The position numbers and the translations under genes were made by a program. From assembly GCA_031414775.1 (NCBI GenBank), contig JANOQI010000020.1, forward strand, positions 1 to 62,873: a stretch of DNA of 62,873 nucleotides, read 5' to 3'. This document shows, in pieces, positions 20,128 to 30,209 of the stretch. Below the pieces are notes generated by a model. That model did no database searches. It was not told the DNA's origin and saw only the letters and a program-made list of their open reading frames with translations. Each line of letters starts with the position of its first letter. Position 1 is the first letter of the stretch. Source of the DNA: Synechococcales cyanobacterium VAR_4_metabat_354. Lineage in GTDB: Bacteria > Cyanobacteriota > Cyanobacteriia > Cyanobacteriales > Chamaesiphonaceae.

Positions 20128-21525
20128 TTAGCTGGCAACTAGTTCTTTGAGAGCCGCAGGCTGATGGTTAGCCACCAATTGCGCTGTCAGTTTTCCAGAT
20201 AAAACAGCGCCTTCCATACTACCGAAGAACGGTTGAGCCGTATAGCTACCAGTTAGAAAGAAGTTGTCAATGGGCGTGGTTTGTTGGGGTCGGAACTGCT
20301 CGCGGCCAGGGATAGCGGTGTAGATCGAGCGAGGGGTTTTCACTACACAAAACTTCAGCACCTGGGCTGGTGCTGGTAAATGGTTGGGGAATAGCTTGGC
20401 CAATTCACCTAACGTGGCATCCATAATCTCGGTATCAGACTTGTCGATCCAGTCAGCAGCAGGGGCAAAGACCAGCGACAACATCGATTTGTCGGGATTT
20501 TTGTACTCTTCACAAGAGTTGCTCATGTCCGAATAGACACTCAACAGCGGCGATCGAGAGAACAGGGTGTGGTCAATATCGGTGAGCTTGCGATCGAACC
20601 AAATCTGAATATTAATTACGGGCACCCCCTCTAGTTCGTTGAGTTGCTGGAAGTAGGGCATTACTTGCCACGGCCCCGGCAGAAAGGCTTTCAGGGCATC
20701 TACCGACATCGCCGAGACAAAGATATCGGCCTGGATTTCGCGATCAGCTGCGCCATCACTGCCCCGCATGATTAATTTATCGACAGTGCCATCGGCTTGT
20801 AAGACAATTTTTTTCAGCGGTGAGCTAGTGTGCACCTCGCCACCGCGCTCGGTCACATAATCGACGATCGGCTGACACAATCGCTCTGGCGGTGCGCCAT
20901 CGAGGTAGGCAATGCAAGAACCATCTTTTTGTTGCAAGAACTTGTTCAGCGCCCGCAGCGGAATAGTCGCCGAAATCACGTCTGGATCAATGAATTTAAG
21001 GGATTTGCAAACAGCAATAAAAATATCGGTGCTGATGTCTTCCCCGATGCCGTGCATACTCAGCCATTCGGTAAAAGTATATTTATCCATGGCTTCTACA
21101 TACTTGTCACCGCGCACGATTGCCGGAATTAATCCAATGGCAAAGCGAATTTTTTGGTTCCAAGTGAGCATGTCATTGTTCATCAGAATTGACACAATGA
21201 TATTGAATGGAGCCGGGATATTCGGCACATCGAACAAAGAAAGCACTCCCGGTTTTTCGGGCTGGTTAAAAATTAAGGCGTGACGCTTCCAGTGCAGGCG
21301 ATCTAAAATTTCCAGTTCACCCATTAGTTGCAACATGTTGGGGTAAGCCCCAAAAAAGTTGTGGAGGCCAGTTTCCACCCAGTCACCGTCAGCATCCTGC
21401 CAGGCTGCCACCAGACCGCCCAGCATAGCTTGGCTTTCGAGCAGGATCGGCGTATGTCCGGCATCCACCAAATATTTAGCACAGGATAATCCGGCGAGAC
21501 CGCCCCCGACAATTGCTACACGCAT
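20128..21525 (-). CDS. crtP: 15-cis-phytoene desaturase
   Basis: [28 protein letters not shown]; adjacent to crtB. Confidence 0.92.
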   Translation of the reverse strand: MRVAIVGGGLAGLSCAKYLVDAGHTPILLESQAMLGGLVAAWQDADGDWVETGLHNFFGAYPNMLQLMGELEILDRLHWKRHALIFNQPEKPGVLSLFDVPNIPAPFNIIVSILMNNDMLTWNQKIRFAIGLIPAIVRGDKYVEAMDKYTFTEWLSMHGIGEDISTDIFIAVCKSLKFIDPDVISATIPLRALNKFLQQKDGSCIAYLDGAPPERLCQPIVDYVTERGGEVHTSSPLKKIVLQADGTVDKLIMRGSDGAADREIQADIFVSAMSVDALKAFLPGPWQVMPYFQQLNELEGVPVINIQIWFDRKLTDIDHTLFSRSPLLSVYSDMSNSCEEYKNPDKSMLSLVFAPAADWIDKSDTEIMDATLGELAKLFPNHLPAPAQVLKFCVVKTPRSIYTAIPGREQFRPQQTTPIDNFFLTGSYTAQPFFGSMEGAVLSGKLTAQLVANHQPAALKELVAS

Positions 21526-21613
21526 GTTCTGCTATCTTTGCTCAATTTCTTTGTCTTCTAAGTATATTATTATTTCTTTACATTTGCTGGGCCTAATTTA
21601 CCGACCCCATTCC

Positions 21614-22384
21614 ATGATTTGGTTAGCTTTAGCGATCGGCAATTCTCGTTGCCACTGGGCGTGGTTTATTGGCCAAGAACTCCAAGAGTCTTGGCACAGT
21701 GCTTATATGAGCACAAATAGTTGGCCGCAAGATTTGGTATTACCGGACAATTTTGCAGCATATTTAAAATTTCATCAACTCCAACTCTCTGATATACCAA
21801 TCTATTTGGCTTCGGTGGTGCCAGCCCAAACGAAATTGTGGCAGCCCCATGTTCAGCGGACTTTCACTCTGGCTGATGTGCCCTTGCTTAGTCTTTATGA
21901 GACCTTAGGGATCGATCGAGCATTAGCCACCTACAGTGCTGGCCAGCAATATGGCTATCCAATTTTAGTAATTGACGGCGGCACTGCGCTCACTTTGACG
22001 GGTATTGATGGCGATCGACGATTAGTGGGGGGCGCAATTTGCCCTGGTCTGGGTCTTCAGCTGCAATCGCTGAGTGCTGGCACCGCAACTCTACCCAATC
22101 TGCAAATTCTCACCGCTTTGCCGCCTCGCTGGGCACAGGATACACCATCAGCGATTATGAGTGGGGTATTGCATGGATCGATCGCCAGTTTACAGAGTTT
22201 TATCCAGGATTGGCACCAACAATTTCCGGATAGTCCTGTCTTGGTCACGGGGGGCGATGGATGCTTATTACAGCATTGTCTACAGCAGATATCAATTCAC
22301 AGCATATTTTCAGAATCGCTAGTGTTGGTGGCAATGGCTGAGTTGCGACAATTTATCGATCGATCACCAAACATGTTATGCTAG
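21614..22384 (+). CDS. coaX: type III pantothenate kinase
   Basis: IGNSR, LGIDR, IDGGTALT, GGAICPG, TGGDG. Confidence 0.9.
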   Translation: MIWLALAIGNSRCHWAWFIGQELQESWHSAYMSTNSWPQDLVLPDNFAAYLKFHQLQLSDIPIYLASVVPAQTKLWQPHVQRTFTLADVPLLSLYETLGIDRALATYSAGQQYGYPILVIDGGTALTLTGIDGDRRLVGGAICPGLGLQLQSLSAGTATLPNLQILTALPPRWAQDTPSAIMSGVLHGSIASLQSFIQDWHQQFPDSPVLVTGGDGCLLQHCLQQISIHSIFSESLVLVAMAELRQFIDRSPNMLC

Positions 22385-22501
22385 ATGCCTGTTGTATGGA
22401 CTTGGCTCATATTAAGACCATCCGTCAAACAAATCTTCGCCAGCAAATTTTAAGATAGCTGTGCAGATGATTTTCCACTATTCATTACCTCGAAGGCAAA
22501 C

Positions 22502-22672
22502 ATGGCCAAACGCCGCAACCTCAAGAAAGAAAAAGCAGAACGTAACCAGGCTTACGCCCGCAAGTTCCGTAAGCGCCCAGCTAACGGTCGGATGTTTAAA
22601 TCCAGATTCCGCTCCCCATCTTCTAACTCTGCTGAAGAAGACAACGAAGAAACGTCGGCAGCAGCAACTTAG
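22502..22672 (+). CDS. 56-aa small basic protein (not in ORF track)
   Basis: MAKRRNLKKEKAERNQAYARKFRKRPANGRMFKSRFRSPSSNSAEEDNEETSAAAT*; GAAGG upstream; own terminator; N-terminus resembles a conserved cyanobacterial small protein as I recall it. Confidence 0.75.
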   Translation: MAKRRNLKKEKAERNQAYARKFRKRPANGRMFKSRFRSPSSNSAEEDNEETSAAAT

Positions 22673-22696
22673 TATTGCTCTTAGTTTTGAATTTAA

Positions 22697-22730
22697 CCAA
22701 AAGCCCAGCTCATGTGAGTTGGGCTTTTGG
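22697..22730 (+). terminator. rho-independent terminator
   Basis: CCAAAAGCCCAGCTCA-tg-TGAGTTGGGCTTTTGG. Confidence 0.8.
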
Positions 22731-22785
22731 CTAGGGATGATCGATCGCATAAGCTACAGTAGATATGCCTTGGTGGTTGCCAGAT

Positions 22786-24075
22786 ATGAGAATTAAACGC
22801 ATAAACGTTGATAATTTCAAATCTTTAGTTGGTTGTGATTTGCCGCTCGCAAAGTTCAATTGCTTAGTAGGGCTAAATGGTGCGGGCAAGTCAACAGTAT
22901 TGCAATTCTTTGACTTTTTATCTCAGCAAGTTAAAGGTGACATGAATGGTTGGTTAGAAAAGCGACAGTGGAAGTCTTCTGATCTCAATTCAAAATTAAC
23001 TCGCAAACAAAATATTGATTTTGAAGTTGTACTATCTTATGAGCTTGACACGAGCATTTATACAACTCCTTCTTTGAGCCATCGTTTCGAACCTGCTTCA
23101 CAAAGAAGGCTAATACGTAAGCAACATAAAATCATTGAAATCAAGTGGTCTGCTAGTTTCAATTGCAAAACACTACGGTGCACTACAGAAAAGCTCATAT
23201 GGGGTACAGATACCATTCTAAAAGTGGAAGATAGTAACTATCAAATATGGAATCTTGAGTTGGTAGAAGTGGGTAAAGACCCTTTGAATGATAGTGATTT
23301 TTCGAGAGTTATACTACTAAAGCGCGACCATATACTATCAGGTAAAATTCATTTTGATTATCAAGGATCTATAATGTCGCAAATCAGCGAATACAAGTTG
23401 CCATCACAACTTGTAGAAATAAAAAGATTCTTTAGTGATTTACATGCCTTAGATCTTTTAGCTCCTGAACTGCTCAGACAAAGAACAAGAGATGCCGAAA
23501 ATAGTCTAGGATTGGGTGGCGAGAAACTATCAGCTTTTCTGCATGAAATAGGGGAAGAAAAACGAACTATTATTCAGCAAAACCTAGCTAGGGTTTATCC
23601 ACAATTTAAACATTTGGACTCATCAGCTTTACGTTCTGGCTGGAAAAGTCTAACTGTTCATGAGCAATTTGGAGAGGTTATTGTTAAGACGGAAGCTCGG
23701 CATGTGGCTGATGGGTTGCTACGAATGCTGGCAGTCTTTGCTCAGCTATCCAAAGAACAAAGCTTTCTGTTATTAGATGAAATAGAAAATGGTGTCAATC
23801 CAGAATTAATCGAGTTTTTAGTGGATCAGCTAGTGGCAGCTCAGCCCCAAGTCCTGATTACTACGCATAGCCCAATGGTGCTGAATTATATGGAAGATGA
23901 TGTTGCGATCGAAGGCATTATTTACATATACAAACAACCTAATGGCGCTACTAAAGCCATTCGACTTTTTGATATTCCCTCTATGCGCAAAAAACTAGAA
24001 GTGATGGGGCCAGGGGAAGTCTATGAGGACACCCTGCTAACCCAACTCAACCAAGAAATCAGCGAGATGGCCTGA
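22786..24075 (+). CDS. ABC/AAA_21-type ATPase (defence-associated type)
   Basis: NFKSL, Walker A GLNGAGKS, signature-like VADGLLR, Walker B LLLDEIENG, TTHSP. Confidence 0.85.
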   Translation: MRIKRINVDNFKSLVGCDLPLAKFNCLVGLNGAGKSTVLQFFDFLSQQVKGDMNGWLEKRQWKSSDLNSKLTRKQNIDFEVVLSYELDTSIYTTPSLSHRFEPASQRRLIRKQHKIIEIKWSASFNCKTLRCTTEKLIWGTDTILKVEDSNYQIWNLELVEVGKDPLNDSDFSRVILLKRDHILSGKIHFDYQGSIMSQISEYKLPSQLVEIKRFFSDLHALDLLAPELLRQRTRDAENSLGLGGEKLSAFLHEIGEEKRTIIQQNLARVYPQFKHLDSSALRSGWKSLTVHEQFGEVIVKTEARHVADGLLRMLAVFAQLSKEQSFLLLDEIENGVNPELIEFLVDQLVAAQPQVLITTHSPMVLNYMEDDVAIEGIIYIYKQPNGATKAIRLFDIPSMRKKLEVMGPGEVYEDTLLTQLNQEISEMA

Positions 24076-24764
24076 TGTTCTTGATCCTCAGCGGCGAGGG
24101 AGCCTCCGATATTGGTCTTTCAAATGATGAACTTGGCCCGATGACAAAGCTGGTTGATTTATGGATTATCAAGCAAATTGGATATTCGTTAATCGAAGGA
24201 AATCACTACACGATTATTTCAGAGCAAAATTTGACCAAAAAAGCCAAAGAGATTAAACCTCGATCTCAAAAAGGTAAAAGACAGAACAGTGAAACCCGTT
24301 ATTTCTATAAAAATGCTCGGGCTTTAGCTTTGCTATCCCAGCAAAAAGCACAGGAGCTAGGCAATGATACGCCTTTGGTTATTGTATTGTTCAGAGATGC
24401 CGATGGTACAGCCAGTTCCGATCGAGGAGTATGGGCTGATAAATGGCGATCGATACTAAATGGATTTGAAGCCGAAGGCATTTCAACTGGTGTTCCGATG
24501 TTGCCCAAGCCTAAATCTGAAGCTTGGATTTTGTGCGCTCTACAGCATAATTATCAACATTGTGCCAAGCTCGAAGACGAATCAGGCAATGATAAATCAC
24601 CAAATCCTCTCAAAAAGCAGCTAGATAATCATCTCGGTCATCCGGGATCGCGAGAATTACTTAATGGCAAAATTGATGATGGGGCGATCGATCTCGACAA
24701 AATCACAGATATGCCTAGCCTCACGAAATTCAAAGACAGGTTGAACGAGGTATTGAAAATGTAA
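24075..24764 (+). CDS. TOPRIM-like (DUF4276/RloB-like) putative nuclease
   Basis: LSGEGASD, FRDAD (DxD), SEAWIL; TGATG coupling to the ATPase. Confidence 0.6.
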   Translation: MFLILSGEGASDIGLSNDELGPMTKLVDLWIIKQIGYSLIEGNHYTIISEQNLTKKAKEIKPRSQKGKRQNSETRYFYKNARALALLSQQKAQELGNDTPLVIVLFRDADGTASSDRGVWADKWRSILNGFEAEGISTGVPMLPKPKSEAWILCALQHNYQHCAKLEDESGNDKSPNPLKKQLDNHLGHPGSRELLNGKIDDGAIDLDKITDMPSLTKFKDRLNEVLKM

Positions 24765-24778
24765 AATCCATCAATAGG

Positions 24779-24892
24779 CTATGAAAAATGAGGCTCGATG
24801 TGACCAGCATTTGTCAAGGTCAAAAATACTTCTTCCAGATTGGCGCGGCTGCGGCGCATCTCATTTAGCAGAATCCCTTGCCGCACCAAAGC
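24779..24892 (-). pseudogene. diverged fragment of the GldA-like ABC ATPase 3' end (repeat of 33424-33504)
   Basis: Reads ALVRQGILLNEMRRSRANLEEVFLTLTNAGHIEPHFS* versus ALVQQGIQIHEVRRSRANLEEVFLALT (21/27 identical). Confidence 0.8.
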
Positions 24893-25123
24893 CTTGCCTG
24901 GAGATCGAACAGGCACCACTGCTAGCAAAACACTCCTGATTAAAAGTGAGAGGTGTATTTATCCTCGATCAATAAAAACTGCATAGAAACACTGGCATCT
25001 ATTTCGGGAACGTTACTCATAAGAGAAAGAAAAGCAGCCCAATCATGCCGAATTTCTCAATTGCCCAGGTGATTTTCACCCTTTTGTGAATATTGCTTAG
25101 AAATTTAGGTGCAAATATACAGC

Positions 25124-26215
25124 ATGAATATCCTAATTACTAATTGCACACTTGATAGCCGATCTGGAACAACGATAGTTGTTAAAGATTTAAGTTACTA
25201 TCTCAATATGATAGGCCACAAAGTAGCTATCTATTCTCCTCATTGTGGTACTTTAGCCGAAGAAATTCGGGCAATAGGGATAGAAGTAGTCGAAGAAATT
25301 GAAAGACTACAACTCAAGCCGGATATTATTCACGGACATCATATTCTCCCTCTATTTGATGCCTTACGTCATTTTCCATCTATCCCTGCTATTTATGTCT
25401 GTCACGACTTTGTAGCATGGCATGATGAACCAATCTATCATCCCAATATCATTACGTATGTCGCAGTAAGCCGGTTAATACAATCTCGAATTCATAACAC
25501 CTTAAATATTTCAAATAATCAAATAAAAATAGTTCCTCATAGCTTTAATGAATTGCTTTTTACCAAAATCAGAAACTTGCCAATAAAGCCACTATCTTGT
25601 TTGGTTTATAGTAAATATCCTAATATCGATCAAGTAATTGTGCCAGTATGTAAACGATTAGGACTAAAAGTTGATGTTGCTGGATCAGGATTTGAAGAAT
25701 CAGTAATAGCACCACAAAACATATTAAATAAATATGATATTGTCTTTGCCTCGGGCATGTCCGCGATCGAATCATTAGCTTCTGGAGCTGCTGTTGTTGT
25801 GTGTGACGGACGTGGCGCATTTGGAATGATCACCACATCTAACTATCAATATGTACAAGAGTACAATTTCGGCTTGAAAATATTGGAGTCAGAATTATCA
25901 CCAGAATTTGTTGAAAATAATATCAACAAGTACAATCGAGAGGATGCTGAGTTAGTTTCTAAATTGGTTCGTCAGGAATCCCAATGGAGAAATAAAATAG
26001 TCGTTTGGGAAAAAATTTATCTCAATGCAATCAATGAATTTCAGGAATTCCCGTCAAATCAAAGTTTGTTTTCTATGAAAATGATCTTTGCAATTTATAG
26101 AGTCAACATGCTGAGGCTAAATGATGAATATATGCGTATCAAATCTAAAATACTGGATAGATGGCAACAGATAAAACTAAGCACGGTGAGACTAAACTTC
26201 AAACAAAAAGTCTGA
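25124..26215 (+). CDS. glycosyltransferase (GT-B, family 4-like)
   Basis: MNILIT...SGT...GHKV, PDIIHGHH, DIVFASGMSAIESLASG; AT-rich. Confidence 0.75.
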   Translation: MNILITNCTLDSRSGTTIVVKDLSYYLNMIGHKVAIYSPHCGTLAEEIRAIGIEVVEEIERLQLKPDIIHGHHILPLFDALRHFPSIPAIYVCHDFVAWHDEPIYHPNIITYVAVSRLIQSRIHNTLNISNNQIKIVPHSFNELLFTKIRNLPIKPLSCLVYSKYPNIDQVIVPVCKRLGLKVDVAGSGFEESVIAPQNILNKYDIVFASGMSAIESLASGAAVVVCDGRGAFGMITTSNYQYVQEYNFGLKILESELSPEFVENNINKYNREDAELVSKLVRQESQWRNKIVVWEKIYLNAINEFQEFPSNQSLFSMKMIFAIYRVNMLRLNDEYMRIKSKILDRWQQIKLSTVRLNFKQKV

Positions 26216-26722
26216 ACGGCTATGAAAGTCGGCTTCTTCGCCAGTATGCTGCAACGCCCAATAGCTCAAATCACTATTCTGATCCTGAATAACCGTCGTT
26301 ATCGCTATATCTAAAGCTTGATTTGCTGGTACCAGTTTTTCCAAACTCAATTGTGCATCAAGTGTCACTAGTGTTGCCGTCTGCTGAATCACCACTGGTA
26401 AAGCCCCTACTGCTTCTTCATTCCTCAGCCCCTGGCGATAATCATCCAGCCGAAAAACATTCCAATCCCCACTCGGTGACAGATTAAATTCCCAATAATA
26501 AGACTCACCCACTGGCGCTAGAAAAAACTCAAAGCAAGTTGCTTCCCACAACTCAAAATACCGATGAGGAATAGCCGCGATCGAAGGTATTAAAATCTGA
26601 CTCAGATCTCCGGCTAATCGATAACTGATTGTGAGCTGGTTAGCAGTCCGATCGATCTCCCCGGTCACGCTCAAATCCAACGACACTGGGGCAAACGGCT
26701 GTAACACAAACATTTTTTTCAT
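26192..26722 (-). CDS. DOMON-like domain protein
   Basis: LWEATCFEFF, YWEFNLSPSGDWN, SYWAL.H...ADFH. Confidence 0.8.
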   Translation of the reverse strand: MKKMFVLQPFAPVSLDLSVTGEIDRTANQLTISYRLAGDLSQILIPSIAAIPHRYFELWEATCFEFFLAPVGESYYWEFNLSPSGDWNVFRLDDYRQGLRNEEAVGALPVVIQQTATLVTLDAQLSLEKLVPANQALDIAITTVIQDQNSDLSYWALQHTGEEADFHSRSDFLFEV

Positions 26723-27858
26723 CGCATATCACTGATAATATTGCCGATTGTTCTTTCCTGCGACTCAATACTTTCTGCTAACCGGAACTGCACCAAAGCT
26801 CGTAACAAGTTATGCTCTGGATACTTGGTCTTAAAGTAAATACTGCCATTCAAATAATCTGTAAAAAATCTTAGCCCTAGCTCAAAAGCCAGTAGCCGCA
26901 GACTATCGTAAAGATATTTGTAGTCATTGTCAGTCAAGAAATCTTGGGCGGAGTCCAAATAGCCTTGGAGCATGGCCTGTCCTAGCTCTGGCTCAAAATG
27001 CACTGCTTGCCAATCAGCCGTTTCTTCACCCACTGGATTACAGCCCGATCGCAGGCAATCGCCAATATCATAGTGAATCAAACCAGGCTTGACTGTATCC
27101 AGATCGATTAAACTGATCGCTTGCTTAGTAGCCGTGTCGATCAACACATTATTGATTTTGGGGTCGCCGTGAATGGTGCGGAGCGGTAGTTCACCTCGCT
27201 CCTTGGCATCCTCCAGCACCGAGGCCCAAGCTCGCCGCTCCTCAATAAACCGCAAGCAACGTACCACTTCTGCCGATTTGGGCGTAATATTATTAGCCAT
27301 TACCTCATCAAATTGTCGTAGGTAGCTAGGTGTAATATGAAAACCCGGTAGAGTATCAGCTAACTGCTCTGTCGGCAAAGCACTGACTGATCGATGGAAC
27401 ATTCCTAAGCCAAAGCCAGTTTCACGAGCGTGATGTAAATCTTGAATCGTGTCAAAAGTCTGGGTGCCCTCAATAAAACTGATCGATCGCCAGAAATGAC
27501 CATTTTCGGCATAGTGATCGCAGCCAGTACTAGTTAGCAGTACCCGGGGCACTTCCCAGCGTCGGTTAAAACAAAAAGCGTCGGCAGTTAGGCACTCATG
27601 CACATGCTCACTAAAGATCCGCATGTTCTGCATCACCAGCTGGGGTTGCTGAAAAACTTGGGTATTGATTCGTTGAAGGACAAAGCGATGCTCTAATTTA
27701 CCAGTGCTACTCTCGGCGTTTCCAACTTGCACCGTCACCAAAAAAGTGTCGTTAATATTACCACTGCCAAAAGGCTGTACTTGACTAATTTGACCACCGC
27801 CGCCAAATTGGTCGGCGATCGCCGCCAAGTTGTCCAAAGAAGGAGAATCCTGCGTCAT
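26719..27858 (-). CDS. aminoglycoside phosphotransferase family kinase (N-acetylhexosamine kinase-like)
   Basis: GSGNINDTF, HGDPKINN, IDLDT, RFFTDYL. Confidence 0.85.
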   Translation of the reverse strand: MTQDSPSLDNLAAIADQFGGGGQISQVQPFGSGNINDTFLVTVQVGNAESSTGKLEHRFVLQRINTQVFQQPQLVMQNMRIFSEHVHECLTADAFCFNRRWEVPRVLLTSTGCDHYAENGHFWRSISFIEGTQTFDTIQDLHHARETGFGLGMFHRSVSALPTEQLADTLPGFHITPSYLRQFDEVMANNITPKSAEVVRCLRFIEERRAWASVLEDAKERGELPLRTIHGDPKINNVLIDTATKQAISLIDLDTVKPGLIHYDIGDCLRSGCNPVGEETADWQAVHFEPELGQAMLQGYLDSAQDFLTDNDYKYLYDSLRLLAFELGLRFFTDYLNGSIYFKTKYPEHNLLRALVQFRLAESIESQERTIGNIISDMR

Positions 27859-27891
27859 AAAAATAGTGCTGATCGGCTGTTGATCAGCATA

Positions 27892-28296
27892 TCAGGGTTT
27901 GGACGATGGCTTACTGGTAGGTGAAGATTTTACAGCTGGCTGCAATTCAGCTAAACGCTGCTGATGGAGTTTTACCTGTGGTGACTGGGGGGCAATCTTA
28001 ATCAATTTCTGATAGATGGCGATCGCTTGGGGTGTTTTTTGATCGGCGACGTAAGCCATGGCGATTTTGGTCAACCCGGCACTAGCCGTACTGTTGTTGG
28101 GTTCTTTCGCTAAAACATCAAAATAGCCGTTCTCATCTGCTGCAAATTGGGCATCTTGAGAGACAGGAGCTGACGCACTACTAACGGTGGGTTCTGACTT
28201 GGGTAACAAGCTTGTTAAACCAGTAATCAATACTGGCGAAAACAACACAAAGGACATGCCAATCGTCGTGATCTTAAGCAGTTTCTGTCTTTCCAT
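27892..28296 (-). CDS. TPR-like membrane-anchored protein
   Basis: N-terminal TM; GY..VL.KEPNN..A..GL, AIAIYQKLIKIAP. Confidence 0.65.
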   Translation of the reverse strand: MERQKLLKITTIGMSFVLFSPVLITGLTSLLPKSEPTVSSASAPVSQDAQFAADENGYFDVLAKEPNNSTASAGLTKIAMAYVADQKTPQAIAIYQKLIKIAPQSPQVKLHQQRLAELQPAVKSSPTSKPSSKP

Positions 28297-28347
28297 TTTG
28301 CTTATGTAGATAAATTTTTCTATATCTAGACTACCCAATTATTGGCT

Positions 28348-29151
28348 ATGGCTATCCAAACATCTCAACTCCGGCAACCGCTGGGATTACTCATCGGCTT
28401 ATCTACTCTGGTTCTAGCCGTAACCGGCATCCAAATGGGCAAGCTAGCAACGATTAAAGCTAATACTCGGTCATTAGATCCCGCAGTGTTAAGACGGGAG
28501 ACTCAGATCAAGCTGAGCAGCTTGGAAATGTGGAAGAAAATGCCAGCTTTCGGCTTTAAAAACCTGATTGCTGACCTAACTTATATCGATTATTTACAGT
28601 ACTTTGGCGATCAAGAAGCTAGGGAGGTTAACGGTTATGGAATTGGGCTAGATTATTTCGGGGTAATTATCGGCAAAGATCCCCGATTTTTCTATTCTTA
28701 CTACTCTTTATCAGCAGTAGGTTCAGTCTATGCTGCGCAACCAGAAAAGTCGATCGCGCTGATGAACCAAGGTTTTCAACATATTACACCCCAAGCTCCC
28801 CAGAATTCTTATTACCTGTGGCGGTTGAAGGGTGTTGATGAATTGTTGTTTTTAGATAAACCGCTGGCTGCCCAACAGTCGATGCAGAAAGCCGCTGACT
28901 GGGCAAGGTTAAAAGGTGATAGAGAAGGCGATCGAGTGGCCGCAACTTCGCAACATACAGCGGACTTCTTGGCCAACAATCCCCATAGTGAAGAAGCACA
29001 GTTTGCTGGCTGGAGCCTGGTTTTGAGTACGGCGATCGATATCAATGCTAAAAAAATTGCTGTGCGGAAATTACGCGAGTTGGGCGGTAAAGTATATTTA
29101 GATGAGAATGGTCAAATCAAGATCGATAAGCCCCCCCAGAGCCAGAAATAA
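28348..29151 (+). CDS. conserved cyanobacterial membrane-anchored helical protein (possibly pilus-associated)
   Basis: N-terminal TM; FGFKNLIADL..LQYFGD, DPRF motifs. Confidence 0.6.
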   Translation: MAIQTSQLRQPLGLLIGLSTLVLAVTGIQMGKLATIKANTRSLDPAVLRRETQIKLSSLEMWKKMPAFGFKNLIADLTYIDYLQYFGDQEAREVNGYGIGLDYFGVIIGKDPRFFYSYYSLSAVGSVYAAQPEKSIALMNQGFQHITPQAPQNSYYLWRLKGVDELLFLDKPLAAQQSMQKAADWARLKGDREGDRVAATSQHTADFLANNPHSEEAQFAGWSLVLSTAIDINAKKIAVRKLRELGGKVYLDENGQIKIDKPPQSQK

Positions 29152-30209
29152 TGGATTTACTCGAATATCAAGCTAAAGCTTTATTTCAGGAGGTCGGAAT
29201 CCCCATATTGCCTGCCCAACGGATCGATCGACCGACGGATCTGAAATCTCTTAAAATTCCCTATCCAGTGGTCTTAAAGTCGCAAGTCAGTGTTGGCAAC
29301 CGGGGCAAGGTCGGCGGGGTACGCTTTGTGGAAAATACGATCGATGCGATTGCCGCTGCCCAAACCATGTTTAACCTGCCGATTTTTGGCGAAGTACCAC
29401 AGGTACTATTAGCCGAAGCTAAATACGATGTCTTTCAAGAATTTTACCTAGCAGTGCTGATTGATTACAATCTCTGTCGGCCAGTCCTACTCGGCTCTAG
29501 TCAGGGCGGCATGAACTTAGAGGTGGTGATCGCAAAAATTCAGCAGGTAGTAATCCAAGCAGAATTCTCGCCCTTCTATGCTCGCCGGTTAGCAATCAAA
29601 ATGGGTTTAACTGGCAACTTATTACTAAAAGTTAGTCAGATTATCGAGTCGATGTATCGATTAATGATCGACAATGACTTAGACCTAGTGGAGATTAACC
29701 CTCTGGGGGTGAGTAATGAGGGTGAAGTCATGGCGCTGGATGGCAAAGTTACGGCTAACGATCGAGCGATTATTCGGCATTCCCAACTCAGTATTATTCA
29801 GCGAACCACCAAGACTATTCCCCGTTTGGCAGCCACTGGCACAGGCTATATTGGCGTCATTGCCAGTGGGCAAGGGTCAGCTAGTGTCACGGTCAATGAA
29901 CTACAACGGGTAGGCGGACAAATCAATCAATGTTTGGTAGTTAACAACTTAGAGTCAGCGGCAATTGCTCAAGAAATTCAGCGGTTAGCTCAAATCTCTG
30001 ATGTTTTGCTGATTAATTGCTTAGGTGCCTTGACTAACAAAGTATTACTCGCTTTAAACTCAATTAAATTATTACCTGCACTAACCATCTTAAGGTTGCC
30101 ATGCGGCGGTATTCGTCATCAATATGAAGGGTCGCTACCAGTGATTAATACCCATAGTCTAGCTACAGCAATTTCGGAAACCATGCTCGCATTGGAAGCC
30201 CCTCTTTGA
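29151..30209 (+). CDS. sucC: succinyl-CoA synthetase beta subunit-like (divergent, short C-terminus)
   Basis: MDLLEYQAK, VLKSQV..G.RGK.GGV, EINPL, ALDGK. Confidence 0.8.
   Translation: MDLLEYQAKALFQEVGIPILPAQRIDRPTDLKSLKIPYPVVLKSQVSVGNRGKVGGVRFVENTIDAIAAAQTMFNLPIFGEVPQVLLAEAKYDVFQEFYLAVLIDYNLCRPVLLGSSQGGMNLEVVIAKIQQVVIQAEFSPFYARRLAIKMGLTGNLLLKVSQIIESMYRLMIDNDLDLVEINPLGVSNEGEVMALDGKVTANDRAIIRHSQLSIIQRTTKTIPRLAATGTGYIGVIASGQGSASVTVNELQRVGGQINQCLVVNNLESAAIAQEIQRLAQISDVLLINCLGALTNKVLLALNSIKLLPALTILRLPCGGIRHQYEGSLPVINTHSLATAISETMLALEAPL

Noticed and set aside
21359..21613. 85-aa extension of coaX
   Set aside because: It overlaps crtP antisense; the CoaX motif starts at MIWLALAIGNSR (21614).
22461..22796. 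111-aa (+) and 90-aa (-) ORFs in the track
   Set aside because: Both run through a terminator; the 56-aa ORF 22502..22672 in another frame fits the RBS, composition and terminator better.
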